A stretch of 63,985 nt of DNA, filler included, from Trichomonas gallinae (Eukaryota), in the NCBI GenBank assembly GCA_008369845.1. It is 6 parts of 6 records of this genome, joined end to end, with 100 filler letters (N's around TTAATTAATTAA, not from the genome) between each part and the next. Parts side by side here need not be neighbours in the genome. Positions count along the whole stretch, not along the records: positions 8,839 to 24,539 come from MRSU01000663.1; 5 more parts are not named here. One strand, 5' to 3'. The first letter of the stretch is position 1. Each line of letters opens with the position of its first letter. The notes beneath the pieces are model-generated. The model saw nothing but the letters and a program-made list of their open reading frames with translations, had not been told where the DNA came from and did no database searches. The position numbers were made by a program, and so were the translations under genes. Shown one piece after another: positions 10,726-22,010 of this stretch.

Positions 10726-13443
10726 ATGTTTGAATGTCAGATACAACCGAGCCAGTTAAATTTGATTGTAGTTCATGCAAACACGAATAGTGCGAAGGCA
10801 CAAGAATACCTAAATCTGATTACGCATCTCGCTGAAGAGCCTTTTTTCGTACAATTTTGCATTGAAGTTCTTTCAATTAACGATTTAAGCTATCAAACGT
10901 ATCATTACTGCTTTTCTGCTCTATTAAAGTTGTTTAACAGAGATAGAAAATGCAATAATCCATTTATTAATTTTTTTTACGATTTTTTTCTACAGAACTC
11001 ACCAAAATTCACCGATGAAATAATAATTAAAGACGCATCACTACTATTTGCATGTATATTCAGAGAACGAGATCAAGCCGGTTTAAATATAATATTAAAA
11101 TTGATCGATAATGCTGATAAAAATCTAAATATCCAATACTATTATGCTGCACACTTATCAGCTGCCGGTAACAAAGAAGCAACACAAATAGTTTCAAAAT
11201 ATTTTGAATCATTTTTCAATGAAAAACGAGTTTTAAGTCTTCAAAATAAGGCACGAATATTCAGCGATATATTCGAAATCTATACACAGTCTAATTTCTG
11301 GCCAATACTAACAGACACAATTGTATTTAATGGATTTCCAAAAATCTTCGAAATTTCTTTGAATATCGCCGACAGAAATATTATATTTGGTCTTTTAGGG
11401 GTTATTGCAAAGATGTGTCATTTGAATACAGAATGTTTTAAAACAGAAAGTAACAAATCTAGTTTTTGCATTTATTTAGCTAATAATCTCTCTAATTTCG
11501 TTTTATCTCATGATTGCATTAATATACTGCATCCAGTAGTATTAATTTACTCGGCTCTTTCGAAAACAAGGCAATTTCGAACAATGAAAAATGAAATTTG
11601 CTTTGATCTTTATCTTCATTCATTAGCAGCGATTTCAGTGCCATTGTTATCTATAGAAATGCTTATTAACGATACAAACGCATCTGAAATAGTTCTAGAC
11701 ACATGGCTATCGATTCACGAGTTCCAAATCATTAGAGAAAACACGCAAATGAAAGAAAAGCTTTACGAGCAATATTCTAGCATTAGAAATTGCGTATTTG
11801 AAATGTTTGCTGCACACAATCAAGAAATAATTATGATATTGAATGAGAATCCGAGTTTCACTTTTATTGATACGTTTTCGCAGATAATATCAACAAATTA
11901 TATTGACACAGTCTCGATATTATTGCAAAGCATTGATACTTTTACGATTCAAATCTGTTTAGAAATATTTTGCAATTTAATACAAGCTCACAATCCAGTA
12001 ATGGACTGCTCTGACTATATAGTGTCTGACTTCGCAATGCTGGGTGCTGTTTTCCAAATTATTTCATTGAAGAAGTTTCCTCGACATACAAATATAATAA
12101 AATCGCTTGCAAGGTTTGTCAATACATTCACAAAGTCATGCGTGATGTCAAACAAAGGTCCAAGATACAAAAAATTTGAAGAAGATCGAATTTTATTTTG
12201 CAATGTTTTATTTTATCTTCTTGAGCTTCTTTCATCCAGTGATTATGATTTTAACAACCTTTATGAAGCTATTCATTGCTTCAATTTCACCTCATTGCCA
12301 AAAATAATTATTCAAGAATTCCTAAATAATGAATCTTTCGTTGAATTAATGACATCACTGAATTTCCCTTTCGTTTGGAATGAAAACTCCAAATCTTATG
12401 GATCGGCTTTCGTTCAAAACTGTTTTTCATTTTCGTTTCTATTAGATTCTCCGGTCCCAACAATTTCGATGTTTAATTCACTAAAAATGAGAATGAGTGT
12501 CCAATACGTGGCAAAAACTGCTCTACATTATTTCAGAAGTGCAATACAAGCAAAGAATTGCAGATTTAACGACATTTATATGCCTTTGATTCAGAATTTC
12601 TTTCCAATTTTCCAAGAAATCGTCGAAAACACTGACCTTATATCTCCAATTGCCATAATTCTTTCAAGTGTTGTTGAATTAACAAATACAAAAAATTGTT
12701 TTAAAAATCTAAGCAATGATTTTCTTACATTCATGACTCAATGTATAAACTTAAGCACCGCAATTCTTCAAAAAGATGCATCACCGAAGATTGTTGGACA
12801 TATTTTATTTGTGATTCAAAACATATTAATGACAAATGCATTTAATCTTGGCGTCTTGAAACTATACAACGTGTTATCAATATTTTCACTCATTGACCTC
12901 GTTGTTACGATATTACATCAAGCAAATCCAGATTATTTTGTTGCAAAATCGTTTTTCAGCCACTTATTGTCATTTATGAATTATATTATAAGCGAAGAGG
13001 AACTATTTATGGAAGAATTTGCAGCAGAACTGTTTAAAATTATTTTTGAAAATGCATCTTCAATCATATTACAGGGATTGAATCTTTCACAGATGGACAA
13101 TGTTTTGAGTTTGTTATGTAATATTATCAAGAAAGGTTTTATTCCCGAAATTCATCATTCGATGAATATATTAAATTCAATTATCATTTTATTTACACAA
13201 CACAAGATACAAAATGCAGATTGGATACCTTGCTTCTACGCACTAATATTATCAAGCCAAGAAATGCAAAATTCGTGGTTGCAACATTTACTAGCAATCA
13301 CGAATGATCAAGGAAAAGTTGAAGAATTCAGATCAATGCTTTTTGAGCAATCATACTATCTTACAATTCAGTTCTTTAATTCGATCTGGCCAAACTTTAA
13401 GTCTTTTGTAGCTTCTCTCCAGGACTCATCAAATTCATATTAA
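10726..13443 (+). CDS. HEAT-repeat karyopherin, exportin-7-like
   Basis: ~905 aa helical protein with importin-beta N-terminal-like start; TNAFNLGVLKLYN resembles exportin-7 SYVNFGVFRLYG. ATG at 10726. Confidence 0.6.
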   Translation: MFECQIQPSQLNLIVVHANTNSAKAQEYLNLITHLAEEPFFVQFCIEVLSINDLSYQTYHYCFSALLKLFNRDRKCNNPFINFFYDFFLQNSPKFTDEIIIKDASLLFACIFRERDQAGLNIILKLIDNADKNLNIQYYYAAHLSAAGNKEATQIVSKYFESFFNEKRVLSLQNKARIFSDIFEIYTQSNFWPILTDTIVFNGFPKIFEISLNIADRNIIFGLLGVIAKMCHLNTECFKTESNKSSFCIYLANNLSNFVLSHDCINILHPVVLIYSALSKTRQFRTMKNEICFDLYLHSLAAISVPLLSIEMLINDTNASEIVLDTWLSIHEFQIIRENTQMKEKLYEQYSSIRNCVFEMFAAHNQEIIMILNENPSFTFIDTFSQIISTNYIDTVSILLQSIDTFTIQICLEIFCNLIQAHNPVMDCSDYIVSDFAMLGAVFQIISLKKFPRHTNIIKSLARFVNTFTKSCVMSNKGPRYKKFEEDRILFCNVLFYLLELLSSSDYDFNNLYEAIHCFNFTSLPKIIIQEFLNNESFVELMTSLNFPFVWNENSKSYGSAFVQNCFSFSFLLDSPVPTISMFNSLKMRMSVQYVAKTALHYFRSAIQAKNCRFNDIYMPLIQNFFPIFQEIVENTDLISPIAIILSSVVELTNTKNCFKNLSNDFLTFMTQCINLSTAILQKDASPKIVGHILFVIQNILMTNAFNLGVLKLYNVLSIFSLIDLVVTILHQANPDYFVAKSFFSHLLSFMNYIISEEELFMEEFAAELFKIIFENASSIILQGLNLSQMDNVLSLLCNIIKKGFIPEIHHSMNILNSIIILFTQHKIQNADWIPCFYALILSSQEMQNSWLQHLLAITNDQGKVEEFRSMLFEQSYYLTIQFFNSIWPNFKSFVASLQDSSNSY

Positions 13444-14144
13444 TATAATATAATATTCATGTTATTGTTTAATATTAAATATTTTTGTTTGTATTCTTTT
13501 TAAAATCAAAATGTGCTTATTACATTGGCTTATTCATTAAATATTGAGATTATAATGATTTATATGATTGTTCTCTTATATGAACTAGCCAATTCATTAA
13601 TTATAGAATTCCATTAAGAGGTTCTACTCAGAATATTGGATGGAACTTTGATTTTAATCCAAAACCATCTTCAACAGGATAGTCTTACTTCTTGCTTCAT
13701 ATTATTATATAAATTCTTTCAATCATATATTTGAATTTTTGCATATATGTGAAATACAATCGCAACAATATATCATTAGTTCTTGCTTCAATATAAGGTC
13801 AATTTTACACGACAAAAACCATTTTACATGACATATAATTATTCTAATCGAAAAATAGTTTTAACGAACTAGTAATCATCTAAAACTGACGCAATTGTCT
13901 AATTATATGCATGAGATGAAATATTTAAATGTAATATAATACAAACAAAATATTCATAAAATTTTCTATAAGCAAAATGTAATTATTGAGCGAATTATTC
14001 TTGTGTATTAGTTCATGTATATCATGAAACAGAAGAATAATCATCTAATATCAGATCAATGAGTAAATCAAAAATATATACACTATCAGTCATACATTTC
14101 AATAATTAACCGGCGAAATCTATATATTCTTGCATTATAAGCCT

Positions 14145-14921
14145 CTACCAATTGGAATTGGGCATAACAACGAACTGTTCCGGAACAAGATGTGAACCGA
14201 TGTCATCTCCGAAGTCAAGAATGTAGCCTCTCTCCTGGGATGGATTCTCACTGTTGATGTGGTCGACAGGACGAGATATAACTGTCGCTGGATGGAAAGT
14301 GTTTGAGTTTTTGATTGGTAGAAGTGCAAAAACTTTGTTATTTCTTGCAAACTCCCATCGAGCGATAGGCTTATCAGGCAGAATTGTCGGCAGTGCTGCC
14401 CATTGGTCGGGTTTAAGCTCTTTTAAGTCGTTTGGATCTGAATATGGATCAAAAGCGTAAACAGTATCAGTTTGGAACTTAAATACTACCATAAGCTTGA
14501 ACTGATCATCTACCTTGGCACAGATGAACTGGTTTGGGCTTGGTGTTTTAATTCTGTTTGAATGGCAGCCACAGAAATTTGGGACTGGTGCTACAATTGT
14601 TTTAGGTTTCCCGTGATAAAAGTTCATTAGTAGATCTCTTATTTGCGCATTTGAAGGCAATATATTTTCTGTTATTTTATCTTGATGGGAATTTTGCTCA
14701 AATACTGTGTCGAGTAGGGATAATGCGTTGTTTACTCTATTGATCGAATGCTCATATGACTGGTCAATCATCATGTAAAAAGATTGACAATCATTTGCTG
14801 TATTTTGGTCTTTTTTTTGCAAAAATTCGTTCTCTTTCATCTTGATCTGATCTATCAGAGAGTTTAGTAAGTAAATATCAGACACAGTCTGCTTCAATTC
14901 TTTCCATAATTGATCACTCAT
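14145..14921 (-). CDS. SGF29: SGF29-like double-Tudor protein
   Basis: N-terminal coiled coil; PVPNFCGC matches SGF29 PPPLCGA; ICAKV, VFALLP..TFHPATV, YILDFGDD, VPEQFVV follow the SGF29 Tudor pattern. Confidence 0.75.
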   Translation of the reverse strand: MSDQLWKELKQTVSDIYLLNSLIDQIKMKENEFLQKKDQNTANDCQSFYMMIDQSYEHSINRVNNALSLLDTVFEQNSHQDKITENILPSNAQIRDLLMNFYHGKPKTIVAPVPNFCGCHSNRIKTPSPNQFICAKVDDQFKLMVVFKFQTDTVYAFDPYSDPNDLKELKPDQWAALPTILPDKPIARWEFARNNKVFALLPIKNSNTFHPATVISRPVDHINSENPSQERGYILDFGDDIGSHLVPEQFVVMPNSNW

Positions 14922-15005
14922 CCATAATTGTCACTTTTTGGTAAAATCACAATAAATACATTAATGATAATAAAATATAATTTCCAAAATTAAATAAAAT
15001 TTCGA

Positions 15006-15668
15006 TATAAAAAGTGACACAATTCTTTCTTATTATTTTTCATAGATTTATGCTTATAGAAGATTTTTACGCCAAAAATTTCTTTTGCGATAAAAACAGA
15101 TAGATTTACATGACAAATATAATATTTACATGACAAATAATATCAAAATCGTAAATACGAATTTTACATGTCAAATATAATTTTTTACATGACAAGTTAA
15201 ATCAATCTATATAGATATTTTGAACAGAATGTTTTCATACATCCAGACTTATACGTCTATATATGGATGTCGCAGGGTAACCCACCCACCTGTTTTGCGA
15301 TACCCCAGGGAAAAAGTGGCAATGACACACACCACTTTTCGACATCCTTAGTCTATATAAGTGACACAACTCTTACTTCTTATTTTCCATAGGTTTATGC
15401 TTGCTGGCTGTCTTCACGCCTAAATTCTCTTTTTCGATAAAAACAGATAAATTTACATGGCAAATTTTATAATTTACATGACAAATAATTTCATACTCTG
15501 TAGATATATTGAACATATAGCATTCATACATGCACACTTATACGTCTATATAAGCGACACAGCTCTTACTCCTTACTTCCCATAGATATAGGTTTGTTAT
15601 TTGTTTTTACCAAAATTTTCTTGTTCGATAAAAATAGATTAATTTACATGACAAATTTACACGACATA
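15006..15668. repeat. Three diverged ~190-bp tandem units containing TTTACATGACAAA boxes
   Basis: Units start near 15006, 15351 and 15544 (ATATAA..GYGACACA..TCTT...CATAG...CGATAAAAA.AGAT.AATTTACATG); eight box copies. Confidence 0.85.
15264..15350. mobile_element. ~87-bp non-autonomous insertion with short TIRs and target-site duplication
   Basis: GGATGTCG...CGACATCC inverted ends, flanked by GTCTATATA at 15255-15263 and 15351-15359; the equivalent junction at ~15544 is empty. Confidence 0.7.
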
Positions 15669-15920
15669 TTATAACTATTGGTGATTTTTGATTATATTAC
15701 AATTGTTTTTTTATTATTAAATAATTAAACAGTTTTATTGAGTGGAAGATAATTAAATAGGTGTATGAATTATGTTTTTATTGTTAAAATTGAAATACTC
15801 GCAAATCGAAAAATCATTCTGCAAATAATTACTAGAAAACACAGAGTTGTTTATCATTAAACACTTAAAAATTAATATTTTTAACAATAAAATTATCCAA
15901 AATATTAACAACACATATAT

Positions 15921-17369
15921 TCAATAAACAGATAGAGATTCGATCTTATGCAGGAGAAAACCGCTTCTTTCGGCAAGAATGATATTATCAGGCGTTATCA
16001 GTTCTTGTAGTCTATCTCTGATATCAGATTCAAACAAACAAGTGATAAATCCTTCAAATTGATCAGATGATAATGCAAATTGAAGGAGTTTAATCAATGT
16101 ATCAATGCAACGTAGTTCAACCATTGATATACCACATCCAAGCATCTCAATGATGAATTCCACAACGGATTCAGTCATGAATAAATATAATTTTGTTGCA
16201 TCCGAGAAAACGATAACAGTAGATATGAAGAAAATGATTTCCTTCTTGATTTCAACATCAGGGGTATCAAATGATTGCAGTATTGACCCAATAAAATCAG
16301 CTGTAATAAATTGTAAAGTTGTACTTGGCGCAGATTCAATCATATTTGACAGAATCCATAACGAATATGTCATTAATTTTGTATTCATGAAGGTATTAAG
16401 CTTTTCTAAGAGTCCTAAATCTATTAATGTTTTTACTTGCATTGCGCTTGCGTTCGACATGTTTCCTATGAGGCATAATGCAGCTGTCTGGAGTTGCTCA
16501 TTATCAAGGAGTTGGTAAATAATAGGATAAAGGCCAATTTGATACATTGTATAAACTAATTGATTGTATTTGTTCGACATTTCAACCATACATGTGATCA
16601 CCTCCTCAACTGCTTCAACGGACTGCAGCTGGAGAAGGTTAGCGATTTCGGGTAAGCTATCTAAAATTATTGTTGAGTCTAAAGGTTCAGAGTTTTGGAA
16701 AATGGCAACTAAAGATGCACAGCAAGCATCTGTTATTGCTTTATATGTGGTTGATTTTGCGAGTTCTATCAGCGTTTGCTGAATCCCAAATGCGACCATT
16801 CCATCCCTTGCATAAGATGATGTGGAACAAAGGGTAGAAATCAAAGATAGTGTAGCTAATATTAAATCCTGGTTTTCTTCTGATAAAAGATTAAAAACAA
16901 TCATACATAAATCATTGTCGATGAAATAATCGATTTGTTCCTTATTTAAAGCCATCATAACTGTTTGCAAAAATGATATAACTTGAACCTTTGTATTAAC
17001 ATCGATATCTGATTGAATAACATTGAGAATTGGTTCAACTAATTCATAAGACTTGAACAAAGCTTTTGCAATCTTGTTTAACCGTATTTGCTCGTTGGAT
17101 AGTCTATTGAGGAAGCCCAAAATTCGTGAAGACTCGCCAGATTCAAAAATAGAAATGGCATCAGCAATATCTATACCTTGCTGGCTTAAATTAGTGACAT
17201 AATTGCTTAATATGCATTGGCTATTAACCGAAGTGCATTTTAAGTTGTATATTGATGGTCGTTTTATTGTTCTGAGAGATAAAGTTCTAGAATTTCTGTC
17301 TCGTGCCAATTCCATCTTGTAGTTAGTGAGATCGCAGCCGTTTTCAACTGAGATAGTGAAATCACTCAT
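15921..17369 (-). CDS. Importin-alpha-like ARM-repeat protein
   Basis: IBB-like N-terminus YKMELARDRNSRTLSLRTIKR; ARM motifs ALCLIGNM, SLWILSNM, IKKEIIFFIS. Confidence 0.75.
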   Translation of the reverse strand: MSDFTISVENGCDLTNYKMELARDRNSRTLSLRTIKRPSIYNLKCTSVNSQCILSNYVTNLSQQGIDIADAISIFESGESSRILGFLNRLSNEQIRLNKIAKALFKSYELVEPILNVIQSDIDVNTKVQVISFLQTVMMALNKEQIDYFIDNDLCMIVFNLLSEENQDLILATLSLISTLCSTSSYARDGMVAFGIQQTLIELAKSTTYKAITDACCASLVAIFQNSEPLDSTIILDSLPEIANLLQLQSVEAVEEVITCMVEMSNKYNQLVYTMYQIGLYPIIYQLLDNEQLQTAALCLIGNMSNASAMQVKTLIDLGLLEKLNTFMNTKLMTYSLWILSNMIESAPSTTLQFITADFIGSILQSFDTPDVEIKKEIIFFISTVIVFSDATKLYLFMTESVVEFIIEMLGCGISMVELRCIDTLIKLLQFALSSDQFEGFITCLFESDIRDRLQELITPDNIILAERSGFLLHKIESLSVY

Positions 17370-17799
17370 ATCTCAGCACTTATTATGATAAAAAAAAACT
17401 ATGATGTAAACTTATCAAAAATGTTGAGAAGAATATGACCAGACATCACCCAAATAAGCGAATGTCACGAATAGAGTGTATTGCATTTTTATCATCGTTT
17501 AATTTTTTCGTTATTTTGACATGAAATTCATCTCCTAGTAATACGAATAGTCAAATAAACTAAAAATAACCATGAGATCACAATGTCAGGAATTTATAAT
17601 CTGTCATATAAATCTGAAAATGTCACGTAAACAATTGAAAATAATTTTGCCATCAACTAAATTGACTAATAAAAATTAATTTTAATTTTGTCATCAAATA
17701 AAATGACAAATAAACTTTATAAATGTCATGTAAAAAATAGAATTAGAATATGAGAAAAGAATCCAAGAGTAAAATAAGAAGCTAAAAGGAGATAAAAGA

Positions 17800-17978
17800 A
17801 CAATAATGGATATATGCAATAGATACAGTACAGATCGTTCTCCCAATATTTGCTTTTGTTTCAATTTTGCAACTAATTCAATCAAATTAGAAATAGAATC
17901 AATATTATTCTTGTATACTGCTAAGATCAATGCAGTTCCTCCTTTATTATCTTTTGCTTTAAAATTTGCGTCTAATTA
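17800..17978 (-). pseudogene. Ankyrin-repeat fragment
   Basis: Minus-strand translation DANFKAKDNKGGTALILAVYKNNIDSISNLIEL; no start or full-length frame. Confidence 0.7.
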
Positions 17979-18070
17979 TAATGATAGTAATTATCATGAT
18001 AATAAATATGTCATGTAATTAACTTTAATGTCAAAAAGATGCGAAATCTGACGTGTAAAGTTTCTCAAAA

Positions 18071-19945
18071 ATGACTTTGCCACCACCAGGATCGTTAGTT
18101 CGGTCTTCACGCGAAAGCATATCAGCATTTTACGGGCAGTCATATTCAGACAACTTTTATTCAATCGCAGTGAAATTACTCAACAAAGTTAAGAAATCTA
18201 ATGCATTACCTAATGATATCTCTTCTTTTAAACGAAAAATGAGGGAGATTCACGAAAAATGTGAAACGATTGATGAAAAGGTTAATTCCAAAATAGCAGA
18301 TACGGAAATTCCAAGTTTGATTCAATCATCTAATCAAGTTTGGGAACGAGCAAAAACAGAACTGAAGTCAATGACACAAATGCCCCTCAGAGTCGAATTC
18401 ATTTCAGCTCAAAATACAGAATTGATCAGAATAGGAAAAAAAGTTTTAACAATAATAGAAACAAAAGAAAAGTCTACAATACTTTCGGCAGAACTTTTTA
18501 GGGCCTTTTCACAGATATCTAATCAATTCATAGACATTTTTATGTCCATTCTCAATCCTGGAAAACTCGAAATCAAATTAATTCACGTTGCACTTGAAAG
18601 CATTGCAAATCTTATCAAGGAACTACCACTAAAGTACATACCATTTTGTTTCGAAGAGAATTCAGAGACACCAACCGAGTTTTATAAGTATATTTTCAGA
18701 TATTTGAAAAAAATTCAATCAAGAACGCAACAGCTTCTTGAAATAGGTAGTGATCCTGTAGAAGTGTATGCATTCATTGATCAACTTGACTCTTTCTTTG
18801 AAGAAATGTGTTCCGATTTTAAAGTATCATATATAATCGTTCAGAACAAGGAGGAACTTATCAAGAATTCCCTAAGATACATGGACCAAGAGTTGTATCC
18901 TGCAGTTGGCTCTAAAAGATTTTTCGGAGATGTGCAATCAATGATTTCTGGCAGCACAGTGGTTAAACTAGAGGCTGGAATGGTTCCTTGGTTCGCGGAG
19001 CCTCTATTCCTTGAGCTTAAACGCCTGATTTCCGAGATCGATGAACTGGCAGATATGCGATTAACTCGTCATGAAGCTCTTACGGCCTCTAAGTCCGCCA
19101 ATACTTCGAAGGAGGAGCTGGTTTCCATATCCAATACGGAAAGAGTTGCACATGACTATGGAATTAAAGATGTTTTAGCCGAAACAACATCTGCTCTCCA
19201 AGTTCAAATTAAAGAGACAAAATCGAGGTCAGATGCCTTAGACATAAATTCCCTTGCCAAATTAAAGTCTTTTAGCGCAGATAAAATTGATCTCGAAAAC
19301 CTTCTGATATATCTCAAAGGTGAATCCCAAAGACTCGAAAATCTGAGGGCTTCAACAGTCGACACACTCGAAAAGCGCCACAACCAGGTATTAGATGAGA
19401 AAGATAGATATTTAGGTCTGATCGATTCCGAGTCTACCACAACATTAGCGAACAGGCAAAAGATCAAAAGCCTGCAGCGAGAGATCGACAATGCGCGCCA
19501 AATAATCGACAAGGCCATAAGGGAGAATGACCCGCTGAGGGAAGAGATCCAGCAGTTGAGTGCCGAGAAGGAAGCTCTAAATAAGAGGGCCGTAGAACTC
19601 GACCAAGAAAACGCAAAAATTGAAGAAGAAATTGCAGCGATAAAGAAGGAAATTGCCAAGTTACAGGTCGATGATGCTAACGAAATGGCCGATGCAGAAG
19701 AGCTGATCAATAAACTGCAAGATGATATAGAGAATTTGAGAATTCCTCGCAAAAAGCTGAAAAAAGACCTTGATGCATTGAATGAAAACTACTCAAAATC
19801 AACCGCGATGATTCCTGACCTGGAAAACCAAAGGAATTTCCTAGAAGATGAGATTTATGAATATCAAATTCGTCTGAAACGTGTTAAAGCTCGATGGGCA
19901 GCTTCAAAACTTGCTGTTCTTAGCGATAGCCTCCAGCATCTTTAG
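18071..19945 (+). CDS. Hypothetical long coiled-coil protein
   Basis: 624-aa ORF; C-terminal half has E/K/Q/L-rich heptads. Confidence 0.8.
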   Translation: MTLPPPGSLVRSSRESISAFYGQSYSDNFYSIAVKLLNKVKKSNALPNDISSFKRKMREIHEKCETIDEKVNSKIADTEIPSLIQSSNQVWERAKTELKSMTQMPLRVEFISAQNTELIRIGKKVLTIIETKEKSTILSAELFRAFSQISNQFIDIFMSILNPGKLEIKLIHVALESIANLIKELPLKYIPFCFEENSETPTEFYKYIFRYLKKIQSRTQQLLEIGSDPVEVYAFIDQLDSFFEEMCSDFKVSYIIVQNKEELIKNSLRYMDQELYPAVGSKRFFGDVQSMISGSTVVKLEAGMVPWFAEPLFLELKRLISEIDELADMRLTRHEALTASKSANTSKEELVSISNTERVAHDYGIKDVLAETTSALQVQIKETKSRSDALDINSLAKLKSFSADKIDLENLLIYLKGESQRLENLRASTVDTLEKRHNQVLDEKDRYLGLIDSESTTTLANRQKIKSLQREIDNARQIIDKAIRENDPLREEIQQLSAEKEALNKRAVELDQENAKIEEEIAAIKKEIAKLQVDDANEMADAEELINKLQDDIENLRIPRKKLKKDLDALNENYSKSTAMIPDLENQRNFLEDEIYEYQIRLKRVKARWAASKLAVLSDSLQHL

Positions 19946-20165
19946 TTTGTTATTTGTTTGTATGTTATTTTTTAAAAAAATATAATATTTTTTATTACAA
20001 GATTAACAAAAAAGAATATAATATATAAAGAGCGGTCTTCTTATATATAGAAAATCGCTTGTAACATTAGATTGCCATCATTTACATTTCGATTTTTGAC
20101 AATCTAATTTTTTCCTAATTTCATCCGCGTTTCAGTGAAAGTTTTCTGCAGGAAACTTTCACATG

Positions 20166-20957
20166 TTATGTTCTTGGATTCTTCCATCTACATTTCGTAA
20201 GTTCAGATTCTGTTGCATTAATATGGAAATATGGCGAAATATGTCTAAACATTCTGACCGAGTCATTATCTACATCAGCGATTAAGTGTGGTCTAATTCC
20301 ATATAAGTGCTGTGGGAAGACGGTTAAGAAACCGTGCGTAGGTAATGAGCCTTGCTTGTTAAACAAGGCTCCATTAATTGAAGCGACTCCTAATAGATTT
20401 GCAAAAGGAAGTCTGTAAATTTTAAACACGGTATCTGTTATCCATTGCGCTCCAAATACACCAACCAAATTTGGATGTTGCGACGTAATTTGCAAGGCAT
20501 TGTAAAGTTTGTAGTGGAAAGGCATCTTCTTTGAAGACCTCCGCTTAAAATACTGCTCAACAACCTGCTTGGCAGTTAAGCGCGAGGAATCCCAAATATC
20601 TGTGGGATAAAGTCTCAAATAAATAGTGTCAATTATGGTATCCATGACTCCCGGCGGATATTCATACCTTTGTCGATTCTCATTCTGCTCTGTCTGATTT
20701 TGAGTTGGAGCGGGCAGCGGCGAAGTTGGCATTGACAAAGGTCCTGGCGAAGAATATGCCACCCGTTCGGTAGTAGTCTCTTTGAACGTTCGTTTTGAGA
20801 TATCTGTTAGGAATCTATCGACATCGAATGGGGAGAAAGCCATGGCCGAGTTGCTGTCGCTGTTGTATTGCAAGGGCGGAGGTATCGTAAATGGAGAGTG
20901 TGTCTGGACAGACGAATTTTGATTGTCCAAGAAAACACAATTATCATTCCAATTCAT
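20166..20957 (-). CDS. Initiator-binding-domain (IBP39-family) protein
   Basis: FKRRSS...FHYKLYNALQIT...GAQWITDTVFKI...FANLLG...GALFNKQGSLPTHGF, the trichomonad IBD pattern. Confidence 0.85.
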   Translation of the reverse strand: MNWNDNCVFLDNQNSSVQTHSPFTIPPPLQYNSDSNSAMAFSPFDVDRFLTDISKRTFKETTTERVAYSSPGPLSMPTSPLPAPTQNQTEQNENRQRYEYPPGVMDTIIDTIYLRLYPTDIWDSSRLTAKQVVEQYFKRRSSKKMPFHYKLYNALQITSQHPNLVGVFGAQWITDTVFKIYRLPFANLLGVASINGALFNKQGSLPTHGFLTVFPQHLYGIRPHLIADVDNDSVRMFRHISPYFHINATESELTKCRWKNPRT

Positions 20958-21329
20958 TTTAATTATTATTATTTTTCGAAAAAGGCTCTTTTATCGTTCT
21001 TTTGTAAATTATTTTCGTTGTTAATTAAAAATCCTTTCATTGGAGGCGAATAAAACAAGTCCTAAAGAAATGAAAACTTTTTGTTACAAAAATTTCAAAA
21101 ATTGAGAGACATACGATAATGTAGACTTTTGAAATCTACTGGCTATAAAAAAGTAGCTTTCTCGCGTAATTATTTTAATACAATGAAACTATATCATCCT
21201 AAGCCATAATTAATCAATTTATTAAGATACAAAAAGTTTTTTTCTCAAAAATTTTGAAACTTCTTTTAAATTTTGATTACATTTATTTTTTCAAGAAAAT
21301 TCTTACAACCAAATGTATTTCTTTTAAAA

Positions 21330-22010
21330 GATCAGTATTACGAATTTCACTTTTCACTGTAAATTTTTTTGTGAATCATTTAAAACGATTAGAAAGTTTC
21401 ACGTATATACAATACGCATGATTCTTTCTTAGAATTTTAAGGTTTGATGAGAAGATTACCGAGCCAAACAATGAATTAGCTGAAATTGAGACGTACGCAT
21501 TTAGAAGATTTAATATGCAACTCATGCATATTCCATTTTTCAATCAAATTTGTCGAAAGAGGAAGTTTTTTGACATGACGAAATTTCCTGGATATTTTTA
21601 ATTTGCCGCTCATGGAATCTGTGTTGACTGCCTTTCATGATGCGCTATTATGTTTAGAAGACTTACCTTCCAAATCAAAGACGAAATTTTTTTGATCGAA
21701 ATTGACAAATTTAATTTTCCAGATTGTTTAGCTTAACCATAATCTACATATCATTTTTGACAAAATTAAATCGTCCAATCAAAAACTTCAATGAATATCG
21801 ATTTTCGAATTTCGCTTTGTACAACATTTCCAGTTTGAAATCGAATACTGGATTTAAAAACATATCCCAATACAGATTGACAATCTTAAATTTCCCTTTT
21901 TAGCAAAATTTTACACTATTCTGAGTCGGCGTCGTTTTTGGCATGTATATTGTAATTCAATACCGTTTAAATCGAAATTTTCACGATTAGAAAAGATTTT
22001 GAATTGCAAA
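21330..22010 (+). pseudogene. Heavily degraded BspA-like (TpLRR) gene remnant
   Basis: Fragments such as ITEPNNELAEIETYAFRRFNMQLMHIP and NFALYNISSLKS among many stops; boundaries approximate. Confidence 0.45.
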
